Shown here: in pieces, positions 23,928 through 31,519 of the stretch
Layout of the letters: every line of letters begins with the position of its first letter
Position numbering within the stretch: position 1 is the stretch's first letter
Notes under the pieces: generated by a model
What the model saw: the letters and a program-made list of their open reading frames with translations, nothing else
Told to the model about the DNA's origin: nothing
Databases searched by the model: none
Translations under genes and position numbers: made by a program
Source of the DNA: a virus
Lineage: Duplodnaviria; Caudoviricetes
DNA: 33,699 nucleotides
Strand: one strand, 5' to 3'
Virus record (IMG/VR): IMGVR_UViG_3300044769_000034
Location: 1 to 33,699 of that record

Positions 23928-23954
23928 TGTCCCAGAATGGCACACTTGGACACA
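23928..23954 (-). promoter_or_regulatory. Three 10-bp-phased degenerate direct repeats (candidate HTH operator)
   Basis: TGTGTCC-AAG / TGTGCCA-TTC / TGGGACA starting at 23954, 23944 and 23934. The segment also reads as the inverted repeat GTGTCC...GGACAC. Confidence 0.45.
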
Positions 23955-23987
23955 AAAAATCTGGCGCTTAGGAGTCGCCGTTGCGAT

Positions 23988-24164
23988 TTAGTCGGTCTGT
24001 GTCTCTTTTTTTTTCAATCGCTCGACTTCCGCTGCATCAATTCGCTGCCTATCGCGCACCTTGAAAGAATCCAATTGACCATCTTCTATCATGCGATAGA
24101 TCGTTCGACGTGAGACCGCGAATTCGCGGGCAACTTCGTCAATGCGGTAGGATTTCTTTGTCAT
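23988..24164 (-). CDS. Excisionase/MerR-like HTH (HTH_17) DNA-binding protein, 58 aa
   Basis: Manual translation, below the ORF-track cutoff: MTKKSYRIDEVAREFAVSRRTIYRMIEDGQLDSFKVRDRQRIDAAEVERLKKKETQTD*. Confidence 0.88.
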   Translation of the reverse strand: MTKKSYRIDEVAREFAVSRRTIYRMIEDGQLDSFKVRDRQRIDAAEVERLKKKETQTD

Positions 24165-24923
24165 CTAGCTGGCTTTGTCAACCTTGACCCCATGATTAAC
24201 TTTAAGAAAATAGTCTTTAGTAATTTGACCAAACTCGCTGTTGCCACGCAAATGAGCTGCTTTCCAAAATGTTCCGGTATAATGCCCAAACAGCGGTTTG
24301 GCCTCATAGTTAGCAAAATGGCCGCGAACCCAGTGCAGCGGAAGATGACCGTTCTCATTAAAACACTCACCAAATGGCAAATATTTTTTCTTCGAAACTT
24401 CTATTGCAAGCACTTTGAATTTGAGCAATTCATTATTTCGATAACGGCGACGACGAACCTGTCGACTAAGCGGTGGCTCATAATCGACTAGCGCTATGTT
24501 TTTGGTAGATGCAAGAATTGCCAAATAACTGAAAAATAGCCAACCCCACGTAATTATAATTTCCTCATGCTCGTGTTCTGCATCAAGGCCCCATTCCACA
24601 GTCGGGCTTTCACACTCTTGATTAAAAACAGCGGCACCGTTCAATACGCAGAGGCTGCCGCCGTTGTTTTCTGGATTTATATACCAGGAAAGAAACTTGA
24701 GTGTTTTGCCATCATCATGTTCGGAAACTATCGACGCGATCTGCCGCCCTCTATCTAGTCCCATTCCAATTGCAGTAAAATTATATGGCGGATGAATCTC
24801 TTTGGGCCACGATTCCTGCTTACTAAATTGCTCTCGTAGTTCCCATGTTCCACTAACATCGATACACGTTGATGGTCGCGTAAATTCTTTAATTGCATCG
24901 AAAATTCGAAGTGGCTCCCTCAT
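24165..24923 (-). CDS. Hypothetical low-GC protein with C-terminal HWVRGHF...W..HxRG motif
   Basis: ~252 aa, ATG 24923 overlaps the portal TGA. Clearly AT-richer than its flanks. Confidence 0.7.
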   Translation of the reverse strand: MREPLRIFDAIKEFTRPSTCIDVSGTWELREQFSKQESWPKEIHPPYNFTAIGMGLDRGRQIASIVSEHDDGKTLKFLSWYINPENNGGSLCVLNGAAVFNQECESPTVEWGLDAEHEHEEIIITWGWLFFSYLAILASTKNIALVDYEPPLSRQVRRRRYRNNELLKFKVLAIEVSKKKYLPFGECFNENGHLPLHWVRGHFANYEAKPLFGHYTGTFWKAAHLRGNSEFGQITKDYFLKVNHGVKVDKAS

Positions 24924-26218
24924 CAATGCGCCGCTCCATTCGTCAGTTGCGCCGACTTGGCCGCTCCGTTAGTCAGCGCAGGCGCTTCCGGCTGGTCCGT
25001 TTCGCCAACTTGATCCAGTCGCGTCATATTGCTCTCACAAATGTATGTTTTCCCTTCACCATTGGGCAGCGGGTTCATGTCGAGCAGCTCGCGCCACTCA
25101 TCGGCGTTGATAATGCCGTTGCGCCGTTCGATTTGCAGCTTTTCCGCTTGCTCCTTGGCGTCGCCCCACAGCATGACGGTCGGATTGAACTTGACGAAAT
25201 AGCTCTGCCGCTCGGTCGGCGTAAAGAGCGAATAGCGCAAGCGCTTCTCCCAATTGTCGGCGATGTGTCGAATGCAATCCTCCCAAAAGGCGCGATTGGA
25301 CTGCTCCACGGACGCGTATGACACCGTTCCCGATTTCATTACGCCGATCTTATGCGCCGGTACGCCGAAGATGCCGCAAATATCTTCCTTAGTCGCTATA
25401 TGCCCCTCGATATACTGCGCGTCGTTGGGCGGAATGCCTACGTCTTTCCAGTCCATTCCTTCTTCAAGGATCATGAAGCTGCGCTTGTTGTTGCCGGTAG
25501 TTTGGTCAGTAATCGTCTTGCGCAGATTGCTATGCGCCTGCGGGCTCAAGGTCAGCGGATGTTTCAGCACGCCGCCCGGCCGCGCGTCGTTGGCGAAAAA
25601 CCGCGCTCGATACTCAATCGACGCATTGGATAGGCCGAAGAGTTCGCGGTGCGTGGTGATCATCGAATAGCCGCAGTAGCCGTCACCGCCGAGCCCGCGA
25701 ATATGTAGCACCTCGTCTTGGCGGTAAACTTCAAAGCCGCCTTTTTCGTCGTAGTGGTAATAGAAAAGTTTCCCGTCGATCATGTCCATGCGCCAGCTCG
25801 TGCTTTTCCATGGCCAGAGCGCTACCACATGGCCGGAGCCGTTGCGTTCGATGTAGGCAACGGAATTACCCACTAAAGACGTGACGCCTTGCTGCGTTCT
25901 GAGAAATTCAGTCGATGTCATGAACGGATTAGCGGCATTTTTAAGAATATCATAAACGGGATGGTCGACGGCTTCCTGCGTTCCCTTGCCAGGCCCCATG
26001 CGGCGGTAAGTTGTCAGCGGGAGTGAAGCCAATTTTTCAGCGATGAGCCGCACGCAGGCGTAAACCGCGCTGATCTTGATCGCGTTAAACTCCGTAATGT
26101 GCTGGCCACTGGCCGTCATCGAGCCGCCGCCAAATAAATCCTTTAGCGCGGGATCGCGTAGAGAAAGCTGCTGCTCGGTCGATCTAAATTGTCTGAATGC
26201 TGGTTCAAGACACTTCAT
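24923..26218 (-). CDS. HK97-family portal protein
   Basis: Start reassigned to ATG 26218 (GGAG SD, ATGA overlap). SAVYACVRLIAE.LASLP, ANPFMT..EF, EVLHIR, FFAN.ARPGGVL, ILEEGM.W, IFGVP.H and NGI.NADEWR...MNP.P.G. Confidence 0.95.
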   Translation of the reverse strand: MKCLEPAFRQFRSTEQQLSLRDPALKDLFGGGSMTASGQHITEFNAIKISAVYACVRLIAEKLASLPLTTYRRMGPGKGTQEAVDHPVYDILKNAANPFMTSTEFLRTQQGVTSLVGNSVAYIERNGSGHVVALWPWKSTSWRMDMIDGKLFYYHYDEKGGFEVYRQDEVLHIRGLGGDGYCGYSMITTHRELFGLSNASIEYRARFFANDARPGGVLKHPLTLSPQAHSNLRKTITDQTTGNNKRSFMILEEGMDWKDVGIPPNDAQYIEGHIATKEDICGIFGVPAHKIGVMKSGTVSYASVEQSNRAFWEDCIRHIADNWEKRLRYSLFTPTERQSYFVKFNPTVMLWGDAKEQAEKLQIERRNGIINADEWRELLDMNPLPNGEGKTYICESNMTRLDQVGETDQPEAPALTNGAAKSAQLTNGAAH

Positions 26219-26472
26219 TTTGAATCTCCCATATAGATTAGAACGCCAATTGCTAAGAAAGTCCCGCCGACCAACACGTAAGCCGATGGCGGATAAATCT
26301 GCCACACGCCATATCCGGCCAACGCCAGGCCGCCGAAAAGAAACACGTCCTTGCCTTCGATCCACACGCGCCGCGGCGGCTTGTCCTGCGGCTCGGCAAT
26401 ACGTACGTTGCGGCGGCGCTTCTTGCCGGGCTTTTTGAATAGCTGGATAATTTTTGTGGCGGCAGCGTTCAT
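26215..26472 (-). CDS. Small two-TM membrane protein upstream of portal
   Basis: Basic N-terminus followed by DVFLFGGLALAGYGVWQIYPPSAYVLVGGTFLAIGVLIY. ATGA overlaps on both sides. Common pre-portal gene. Confidence 0.75.
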   Translation of the reverse strand: MNAAATKIIQLFKKPGKKRRRNVRIAEPQDKPPRRVWIEGKDVFLFGGLALAGYGVWQIYPPSAYVLVGGTFLAIGVLIYMGDSK

Positions 26473-27230
26473 GATTTAGGCTTGAGTAGCTTGTACAAAA
26501 AACCTCCCGCGCTACCGATATCGATTGCCTGTACACCGCGCGCGGATAGCCGATTCGCCAGGCACGTTGCCGTTGGTCCGCAGGATAGTAAAGCAATTTT
26601 ACGTTCCGACTTTATCACAGATCTCTCTAATGCGTCGATGCTTTCATAGGCTTGGCGCCGATGACAGCGCACATGCGAAACGTCCGCCGACAACTGCGCC
26701 GTGTTGATGATACTGTTTTTTTTCTCCGATACGATAACGATTTCTTTATCCGACCATAGGCGGGAAATCTTCTCCGCATATTCCTGGCAGTTGATCCACG
26801 GTGCCGAATCTGGACGGGTAATGAAGGCACTGTAATATTGCACAGCAGGATTGAGGATGCGCATAAAGCGAGCGGCGTGGCGCAGCCATCCATGGCCTAG
26901 TTCCGTTTTATACTTCGGCCCGCTAGGGTCCATCGTCGGGATGCCAACGAGACAGTTCGGATTTGGAGATTGCAAAGTTTTTAGTAACTCTTCGGCAAGT
27001 TCCGGCGATGGATTCTGATGCGAGTATCCTCTGCCGTCCATCAGCTTCAATTCACCGTCACCAAAGCGCGCGATCGACTTGCCGGTTTGCAGAATATCTA
27101 CTGTCTCAAACTCTCCTATGACATGAGGATAGTTGACCGGCGACAAAGCCGTAGGATCACCATACAAAATCAGACACTCATCACAATTATCGCGGTCGTG
27201 AGACTTACAAACTATTCGCCACGCCTTCAC
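26469..27230 (-). CDS. GT-D fold glycosyltransferase (DUF1792-like)
   Basis: ETVD.L...KSIARFGDGE...Q.....L.EEL, LVGIP, FITRP, LW.DK.I.IV, AY..ID.L and LLSCGPTAT.LA..L...G.QAIDIG. Probable GTG start 27230 (GTGA overlap). Confidence 0.88.
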   Translation of the reverse strand: MKAWRIVCKSHDRDNCDECLILYGDPTALSPVNYPHVIGEFETVDILQTGKSIARFGDGELKLMDGRGYSHQNPSPELAEELLKTLQSPNPNCLVGIPTMDPSGPKYKTELGHGWLRHAARFMRILNPAVQYYSAFITRPDSAPWINCQEYAEKISRLWSDKEIVIVSEKKNSIINTAQLSADVSHVRCHRRQAYESIDALERSVIKSERKIALLSCGPTATCLANRLSARGVQAIDIGSAGGFLYKLLKPKS

Positions 27231-27988
27231 AGCTCCCTCACCCACTCAAATCTCAGCGGATTTTTCGGCGTATCGTCGCCGCTGGCGGCCTTTTTCCTGC
27301 GGATGTTGGCGCCTATCGTGGTGTCGCGGGATAGCGTCAAGTCGTTGGCGTCAGCGATGGCGTTGCGCGTATAGACTTCAAGGCGGATCGGCTCAGGCAG
27401 CAAATCAACCGGGTACATGCTCTCCAGCCGGCGTAGAAACGCGCCGCCACCACCTAAACACCCGGCGTAATCCTCGTCATAGCCGCCAGTTTCCCAATAC
27501 GCGGCCTTGCGGATGAGATACGAGTCGACGTGCGGATGGACCTGGCCATACTCGCAATCCTGCGGAATGGCGTCCTTGCGGCGTGTCTCGTCCGCAGCAC
27601 CACGGCGCCAGCGCGGGAAGCGGTACCAGCGCGCCTGGTTGGGCGTGAAAGCGAGCAGCGCGCGCGCGGCGTCCGCTGGGAGAATGTGATCGATGTCGGC
27701 TTGGAGAATATGCTCCGTGGTCGCTACGTGCGCTCCCAAATTTCTCGCGCCTACGCGGTTCCATGGCTTGTCGATGAGGATGCGGTAGAGCTGCCGATGA
27801 GCATCCCATGATAATTTCTCGACGATCGGCAAAGCAGGCTCCGGACTGCCGTCGTCGACGCAAATCACGGTGACGCCGAGTGGGTACTTGCACCACTCCT
27901 CGACCTGGCGCTTGAGCATGGCGACGTTGCGGTAAAAAGGCACAATGAGGGTGAACGTGCTTAACGTGTTCGTGGGCATATCAGTCAT
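27227..27988 (-). CDS. GT-A fold glycosyltransferase (GT2/GT7C-like)
   Basis: TLIVPFY, VICVDDGS, ARNLGA..A, DID (DxD) and GGYDEDY.G. Confidence 0.9.
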   Translation of the reverse strand: MTDMPTNTLSTFTLIVPFYRNVAMLKRQVEEWCKYPLGVTVICVDDGSPEPALPIVEKLSWDAHRQLYRILIDKPWNRVGARNLGAHVATTEHILQADIDHILPADAARALLAFTPNQARWYRFPRWRRGAADETRRKDAIPQDCEYGQVHPHVDSYLIRKAAYWETGGYDEDYAGCLGGGGAFLRRLESMYPVDLLPEPIRLEVYTRNAIADANDLTLSRDTTIGANIRRKKAASGDDTPKNPLRFEWVREL

Positions 27989-28163
27989 AGTTCCAATACT
28001 CTAACACTCTATTTCGCATCGGCACCCGCTCTACAGTTGTACCGTCGGCATAACCATATTTCTTGTGAACCAAACGAATGGCCCAGGCCTTCTTCGTTGC
28101 CAATACGTATCCGTTGGCCGGTGAACAGTATGGTCTATAGAATTTCCAGAGTACGATTTTCAT
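27981..28163 (-). CDS. Small hypothetical protein
   Basis: 60 aa ORF filling the gap in the operon and overlapping the next start. No motif recognised. Confidence 0.35.
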   Translation of the reverse strand: MKIVLWKFYRPYCSPANGYVLATKKAWAIRLVHKKYGYADGTTVERVPMRNRVLEYWNYD

Positions 28164-28202
28164 CTTTATCCCACACGATCACGAACACGACATCCGACAC
28201 GA

Positions 28203-28814
28203 TCATGCCTCTACCACCCGCAACCAATTCTTAATCCGCTCCTGATGCGTCGCCCCCTTCATTACTTGCTTGGTCGAAGCCACTCTCGGATAAGCGATGC
28301 CGAGCTCGGCGAAGCGGGCCAGGATTTCGGCCTGGCGGTGCTTTTGGCTGGCGATCTTGCGCACGTCAAAGTCGATCATGGCGTAAGTCACCTTGTCGAA
28401 TTCGCCGCTGTCGAGCAGGTCGTCGAGGATATCGCACTCGGCGCCCTCGCAATTTAATTTGAGGAAGACGGTGTCGCCGGCGACGATGTTTTCGGCGAAC
28501 CAATCATTTGCGCGCTGGAATTCGCAAACTTCCGTGGCGCGGCCTGGTCGCAGCTTGTCCTTTTTCCACATGCTACCGCCATCGCTGCCAGCGTCAAAAA
28601 TCTTTGCGTCCACTTCTTTATTCCACAGCCCATAGTGCATCAAGTGAACGTTATGAGGATTACGATCTTGCTCGACAACGCTTTTCAATTCATCTATGCA
28701 CAATCGCGACGGCTCGAAACAAAATATCTCATCGAACCTAAACGCGGGATCGAGCACGGCGGCCAGCGTCTCGCCGGTGTGCGCGCCGACGTCGAGGAAG
28801 ATGCGCCTGCTCAT
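28203..28814 (-). CDS. FkbM-family SAM methyltransferase
   Basis: Start ATG 28814 (ATGA overlap). IFLDVGAHTG, IFCFEP, YGLWNK and FLKLNCEGAE..IL. Confidence 0.9.
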   Translation of the reverse strand: MSRRIFLDVGAHTGETLAAVLDPAFRFDEIFCFEPSRLCIDELKSVVEQDRNPHNVHLMHYGLWNKEVDAKIFDAGSDGGSMWKKDKLRPGRATEVCEFQRANDWFAENIVAGDTVFLKLNCEGAECDILDDLLDSGEFDKVTYAMIDFDVRKIASQKHRQAEILARFAELGIAYPRVASTKQVMKGATHQERIKNWLRVVEA

Positions 28815-29533
28815 TGCCGCTCCATCTCGAGAATCCGCTGGCGTCCAGGCCACGGCACCTCAACCAGCGAGTAATTTAGGTTAGCGGCCAGCTTTTCGTA
28901 GAGCGACAGCGGGTGTTTGAATTGTTTCAAGCCGGTGCGCGTGTTGTCGGGTAAGTTTGTCGGCACGTAGCTGAAATAGAATTTGCCGCCGGGTGCGAGT
29001 TTGCTCATTACGGCACAGATAGATTCTTCGATTTCCGCTCTAGGCAAATGAATGAACACCGAGAATGCCCAAACGAAATCGAACTGCTCTTTAATCCCGT
29101 CTATATTTTGCCAACAACCAAAGCGCGGACCACGGCGCAGTTCACCTACCTTGCGGGTATCCCCGTTATCCCATCCCTCATCATCCGCAAGACGCCAAGC
29201 GTAAAGGATGGCTTCTTTGGAAATATCGACGCCGAGATAGTTTTCATAAGCGAGATACGGCACGATCTTCCGCGCCAGCCTTCCGGTCCCGCAACCCAAA
29301 TCGAGCAGCCGGTGATGCGGCTTTAATCCCTGCGCAATCAGAAAATCACGCTGAATGTTGCCGTACTCTTCCCACTCGCCGCCGATGGCAAGTTGCGGAT
29401 CGTCTTTCACGCGCAGGTCGGTATGGCGGCCGTAGGCGGTGAGGAAATCGTGCTGGCGGTAGAGCTCGACGACTTCCGGATCGCGGCTCGACTTGTCGGT
29501 GAGCATTTTTAGTTCGTCGTCGGTGATAGTCAT
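28811..29533 (-). CDS. Class I SAM-dependent methyltransferase
   Basis: GLKPHHRLLDLGCGTGR, YLGVDIS, FDFVWAFSVFIHL and LAPGGKFYFS. Confidence 0.92.
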   Translation of the reverse strand: MTITDDELKMLTDKSSRDPEVVELYRQHDFLTAYGRHTDLRVKDDPQLAIGGEWEEYGNIQRDFLIAQGLKPHHRLLDLGCGTGRLARKIVPYLAYENYLGVDISKEAILYAWRLADDEGWDNGDTRKVGELRRGPRFGCWQNIDGIKEQFDFVWAFSVFIHLPRAEIEESICAVMSKLAPGGKFYFSYVPTNLPDNTRTGLKQFKHPLSLYEKLAANLNYSLVEVPWPGRQRILEMERQ

Positions 29534-30234
29534 CGCCAGTATTCCTTAATCCAAGGGTAACGCGCCTGTATTTCCGCGTTCCATGGCGGCTTGGCGCCGT
29601 TGGTGAATACGATGCGCGCGCCTTCCGGTGCTTCCTTGGCGTGTTCCGGCGTCCAGTTGAGCTTCACCAGGCCATCGCCGTTGCTCCACTGGCCAGCGGG
29701 CGGATACATCTTGTAACTCATCCATGCTTGGTCGCTGCCCATGTAGCCTGCGGCTGCAGCCTCTTGCGGTGACGTTGCAGGGTCGAAATCATCCCAGATA
29801 TGCGGCATGGAGCCTGTTTTGAGCAAATAAATACCGCCAGCAATCTTTCGCCAGCCAAATTTTGGGTCGCACCAGCCGACGAAATCTTCATCGCGGTCAA
29901 TCAGCGGCATTAGAAAGTCGAGAATCACTAAATCAATATCCAACTGTAGAATCCGCTCGCCTAATATCGTTGCTTCGCGGGAAAAATTCCATAATCGGCA
30001 ATAACACTGCGGGAAACGCTTCCCTTGCGGGTTTGGTACATCGTCGAAGCGTACCGGCATCGGCATTGTTTCTATATCCGGATCAAGTCCTGCGGGATCA
30101 TCGGTAATACAGACAAAGCGAAACGGTTGCTGATACTGGAAATCGACCATGGAGTACAGCACGTTGACATGCTCGGCGAGAAACTCGCGTCCGCTGCCCG
30201 GCGTGTGCCATTTCCAGGTGACGAAGGTGATCAT
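29530..30234 (-). CDS. GT-A fold glycosyltransferase (GT8-like phage family), paralog 2
   Basis: VN.LYSMV, RFVCITDD, CYCRL..FS, ILQLDIDLVI (DxD), GSDQAW and RIVF.NG.KPPW. Confidence 0.82.
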   Translation of the reverse strand: MITFVTWKWHTPGSGREFLAEHVNVLYSMVDFQYQQPFRFVCITDDPAGLDPDIETMPMPVRFDDVPNPQGKRFPQCYCRLWNFSREATILGERILQLDIDLVILDFLMPLIDRDEDFVGWCDPKFGWRKIAGGIYLLKTGSMPHIWDDFDPATSPQEAAAAGYMGSDQAWMSYKMYPPAGQWSNGDGLVKLNWTPEHAKEAPEGARIVFTNGAKPPWNAEIQARYPWIKEYWR

Positions 30235-30242
30235 GGAATGAA

Positions 30243-30512
30243 TTAGAAACTCACTGCACCTGCGCCTACAAAGGTAATTTTGAATTCGCTCGGCACTAAC
30301 CGACCGTCAATATTTTTAAAAGTTTGATCGATATATATTTGATCGTCAGTTTTAAACCACGACGGCAACTCTAAACCCCCATCAATGGCCAGTTCATGGC
30401 TTATCCAGATCGTTTTGGCGGCGATTTTATCACCTGGCTTGCTTGCCATTCGACTTACTCGCGTCAAAGCCATTTCTTGAATCATCGATTCTATTTGCGC
30501 CTTGGTAGACAT
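30243..30512 (-). CDS. Hypothetical protein
   Basis: 89 aa, good SD (AAAGGAG), lower GC, co-oriented in the cassette. Confidence 0.6.
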   Translation of the reverse strand: MSTKAQIESMIQEMALTRVSRMASKPGDKIAAKTIWISHELAIDGGLELPSWFKTDDQIYIDQTFKNIDGRLVPSEFKITFVGAGAVSF

Positions 30513-30543
30513 TCGGAGTCTCCTTTACTTGGATTCACTTTTT

Positions 30544-31350
30544 TCATCGATAATGCTCCGCAACCCACGCATATTCGTCCCAACTCGCCTCACGCGGCAT
30601 CTTCGGCAGGCGGAACGGCGGCGCCAGCTTGGCCGGCTGGCCGCAGTGCGCGCAGTAGGGCTGGTCACGATGCAAGTATTGCGTAGCCTGGTCCTCGCCG
30701 CGAAAGAAAATAATCCGCGTGCGCTTGGGCGCCTGGAAGCGCCATCGGCCATCGCCTTTAACGTTGCTCCAATTCACAACCCCGTCGTTTTTGGTCCATC
30801 CGGCCTCGTTTGGGCCCAGTTTGTGGCGAATCCAAGCCTGATCAGTACCCATGAACTCGGCGGCCTTAATACTCTCGAGACCGCGGAAGTCATCCCACAC
30901 CTGACGGCGGGCGCCGGTGTTCATCATCCACATGCCGCCTTGATATTTGTTGCGCTCCTTTTCCGGCTTGTCGCCGTCGCGGTGAACGATGACGAAATCC
31001 TCTTCGCGTTCGAAAAGTGGGTCCAAGTAATCCAAAAACAGGCAATCAAGGTCAATGGAAACGAAGCGATCGCCGAAAATCGGCCTAACTTCCTCGCTAA
31101 ACGCCTTTAGCCGCAAGTAACAGTGCGGGCCTTCCCATCGCGGGTGACGCAGTTCGCGCCAATCATCCCACAGCTTCACCGGCTCAATCAGCGGGTCGTA
31201 CTTGGCGTCGGGGAAGTCGGTCATCAATACGAACCGGTGCGGCATGGAAAGGTTGCGGTGAATCATTCGCGCCCAGATATTGGCGCTTTCAGGCTCGAAT
31301 CTGCCGCTATAAAGCGGATCGCGCCATAGGAAGCCGACGATAGTTAGCAT
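30544..31350 (-). CDS. GT-A fold glycosyltransferase (GT8-like phage family), paralog 1
   Basis: RMIHRNLSMPHRFVLMTD, CYLRLKAFS, FVSIDLDC (DxD), GTDQAWI and RIIFF.G. Extra CAHC segment near the C-terminus. Confidence 0.82.
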   Translation of the reverse strand: MLTIVGFLWRDPLYSGRFEPESANIWARMIHRNLSMPHRFVLMTDFPDAKYDPLIEPVKLWDDWRELRHPRWEGPHCYLRLKAFSEEVRPIFGDRFVSIDLDCLFLDYLDPLFEREEDFVIVHRDGDKPEKERNKYQGGMWMMNTGARRQVWDDFRGLESIKAAEFMGTDQAWIRHKLGPNEAGWTKNDGVVNWSNVKGDGRWRFQAPKRTRIIFFRGEDQATQYLHRDQPYCAHCGQPAKLAPPFRLPKMPREASWDEYAWVAEHYR

Positions 31351-31355
31351 TTATC

Positions 31356-31517
31356 CTAGTACTCAGCTTTTGGTTTAGGCTTGGCGATAACTGCCTCGGC
31401 CTTGTCGATTCTCATGTCGTTTAAGTAAAGCGCTTTATAGAGTAAAGCTTTGTCGCGCTCGGTAAGCATACGAACGTCGTTATTGGCTGATTCAAGGTCG
31501 AGATATCTATCGTGCAT
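31356..31517 (-). CDS. Small hypothetical protein, 53 aa
   Basis: Manual translation MHDRYLDLESANNDVRMLTERDKALLYKALYLNDMRIDKAEAVIAKPKPKAEY*. It fills the gap between terminase and the first GT almost exactly. Confidence 0.5.
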   Translation of the reverse strand: MHDRYLDLESANNDVRMLTERDKALLYKALYLNDMRIDKAEAVIAKPKPKAEY

Positions 31518-31519
31518 GG

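Noticed and set aside
23988-24164. HTH as a true excisionase marking an integration module
   Set aside because: There is no integrase or att site nearby, and the context within the head operon favours a regulatory role.
24931-24976. Short duplication LTNGAA x2 at the portal C-terminus
   Set aside because: Small repeat in a disordered tail with no evident significance.
26219-26596. N-terminal 126 aa extension of the portal ORF in the track
   Set aside because: It overlaps two better-supported genes. The SD and ATGA overlap favour ATG 26218, which gives a normal 431 aa portal.
28135-28206. 23-codon ORF coupled to the FkbM stop (MIVSDVVFVIVWDKDENRTLEIL)
   Set aside because: Too short to support. 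It may be a remnant or a frameshifted start of 27981..28163, which cannot be decided from sequence alone.
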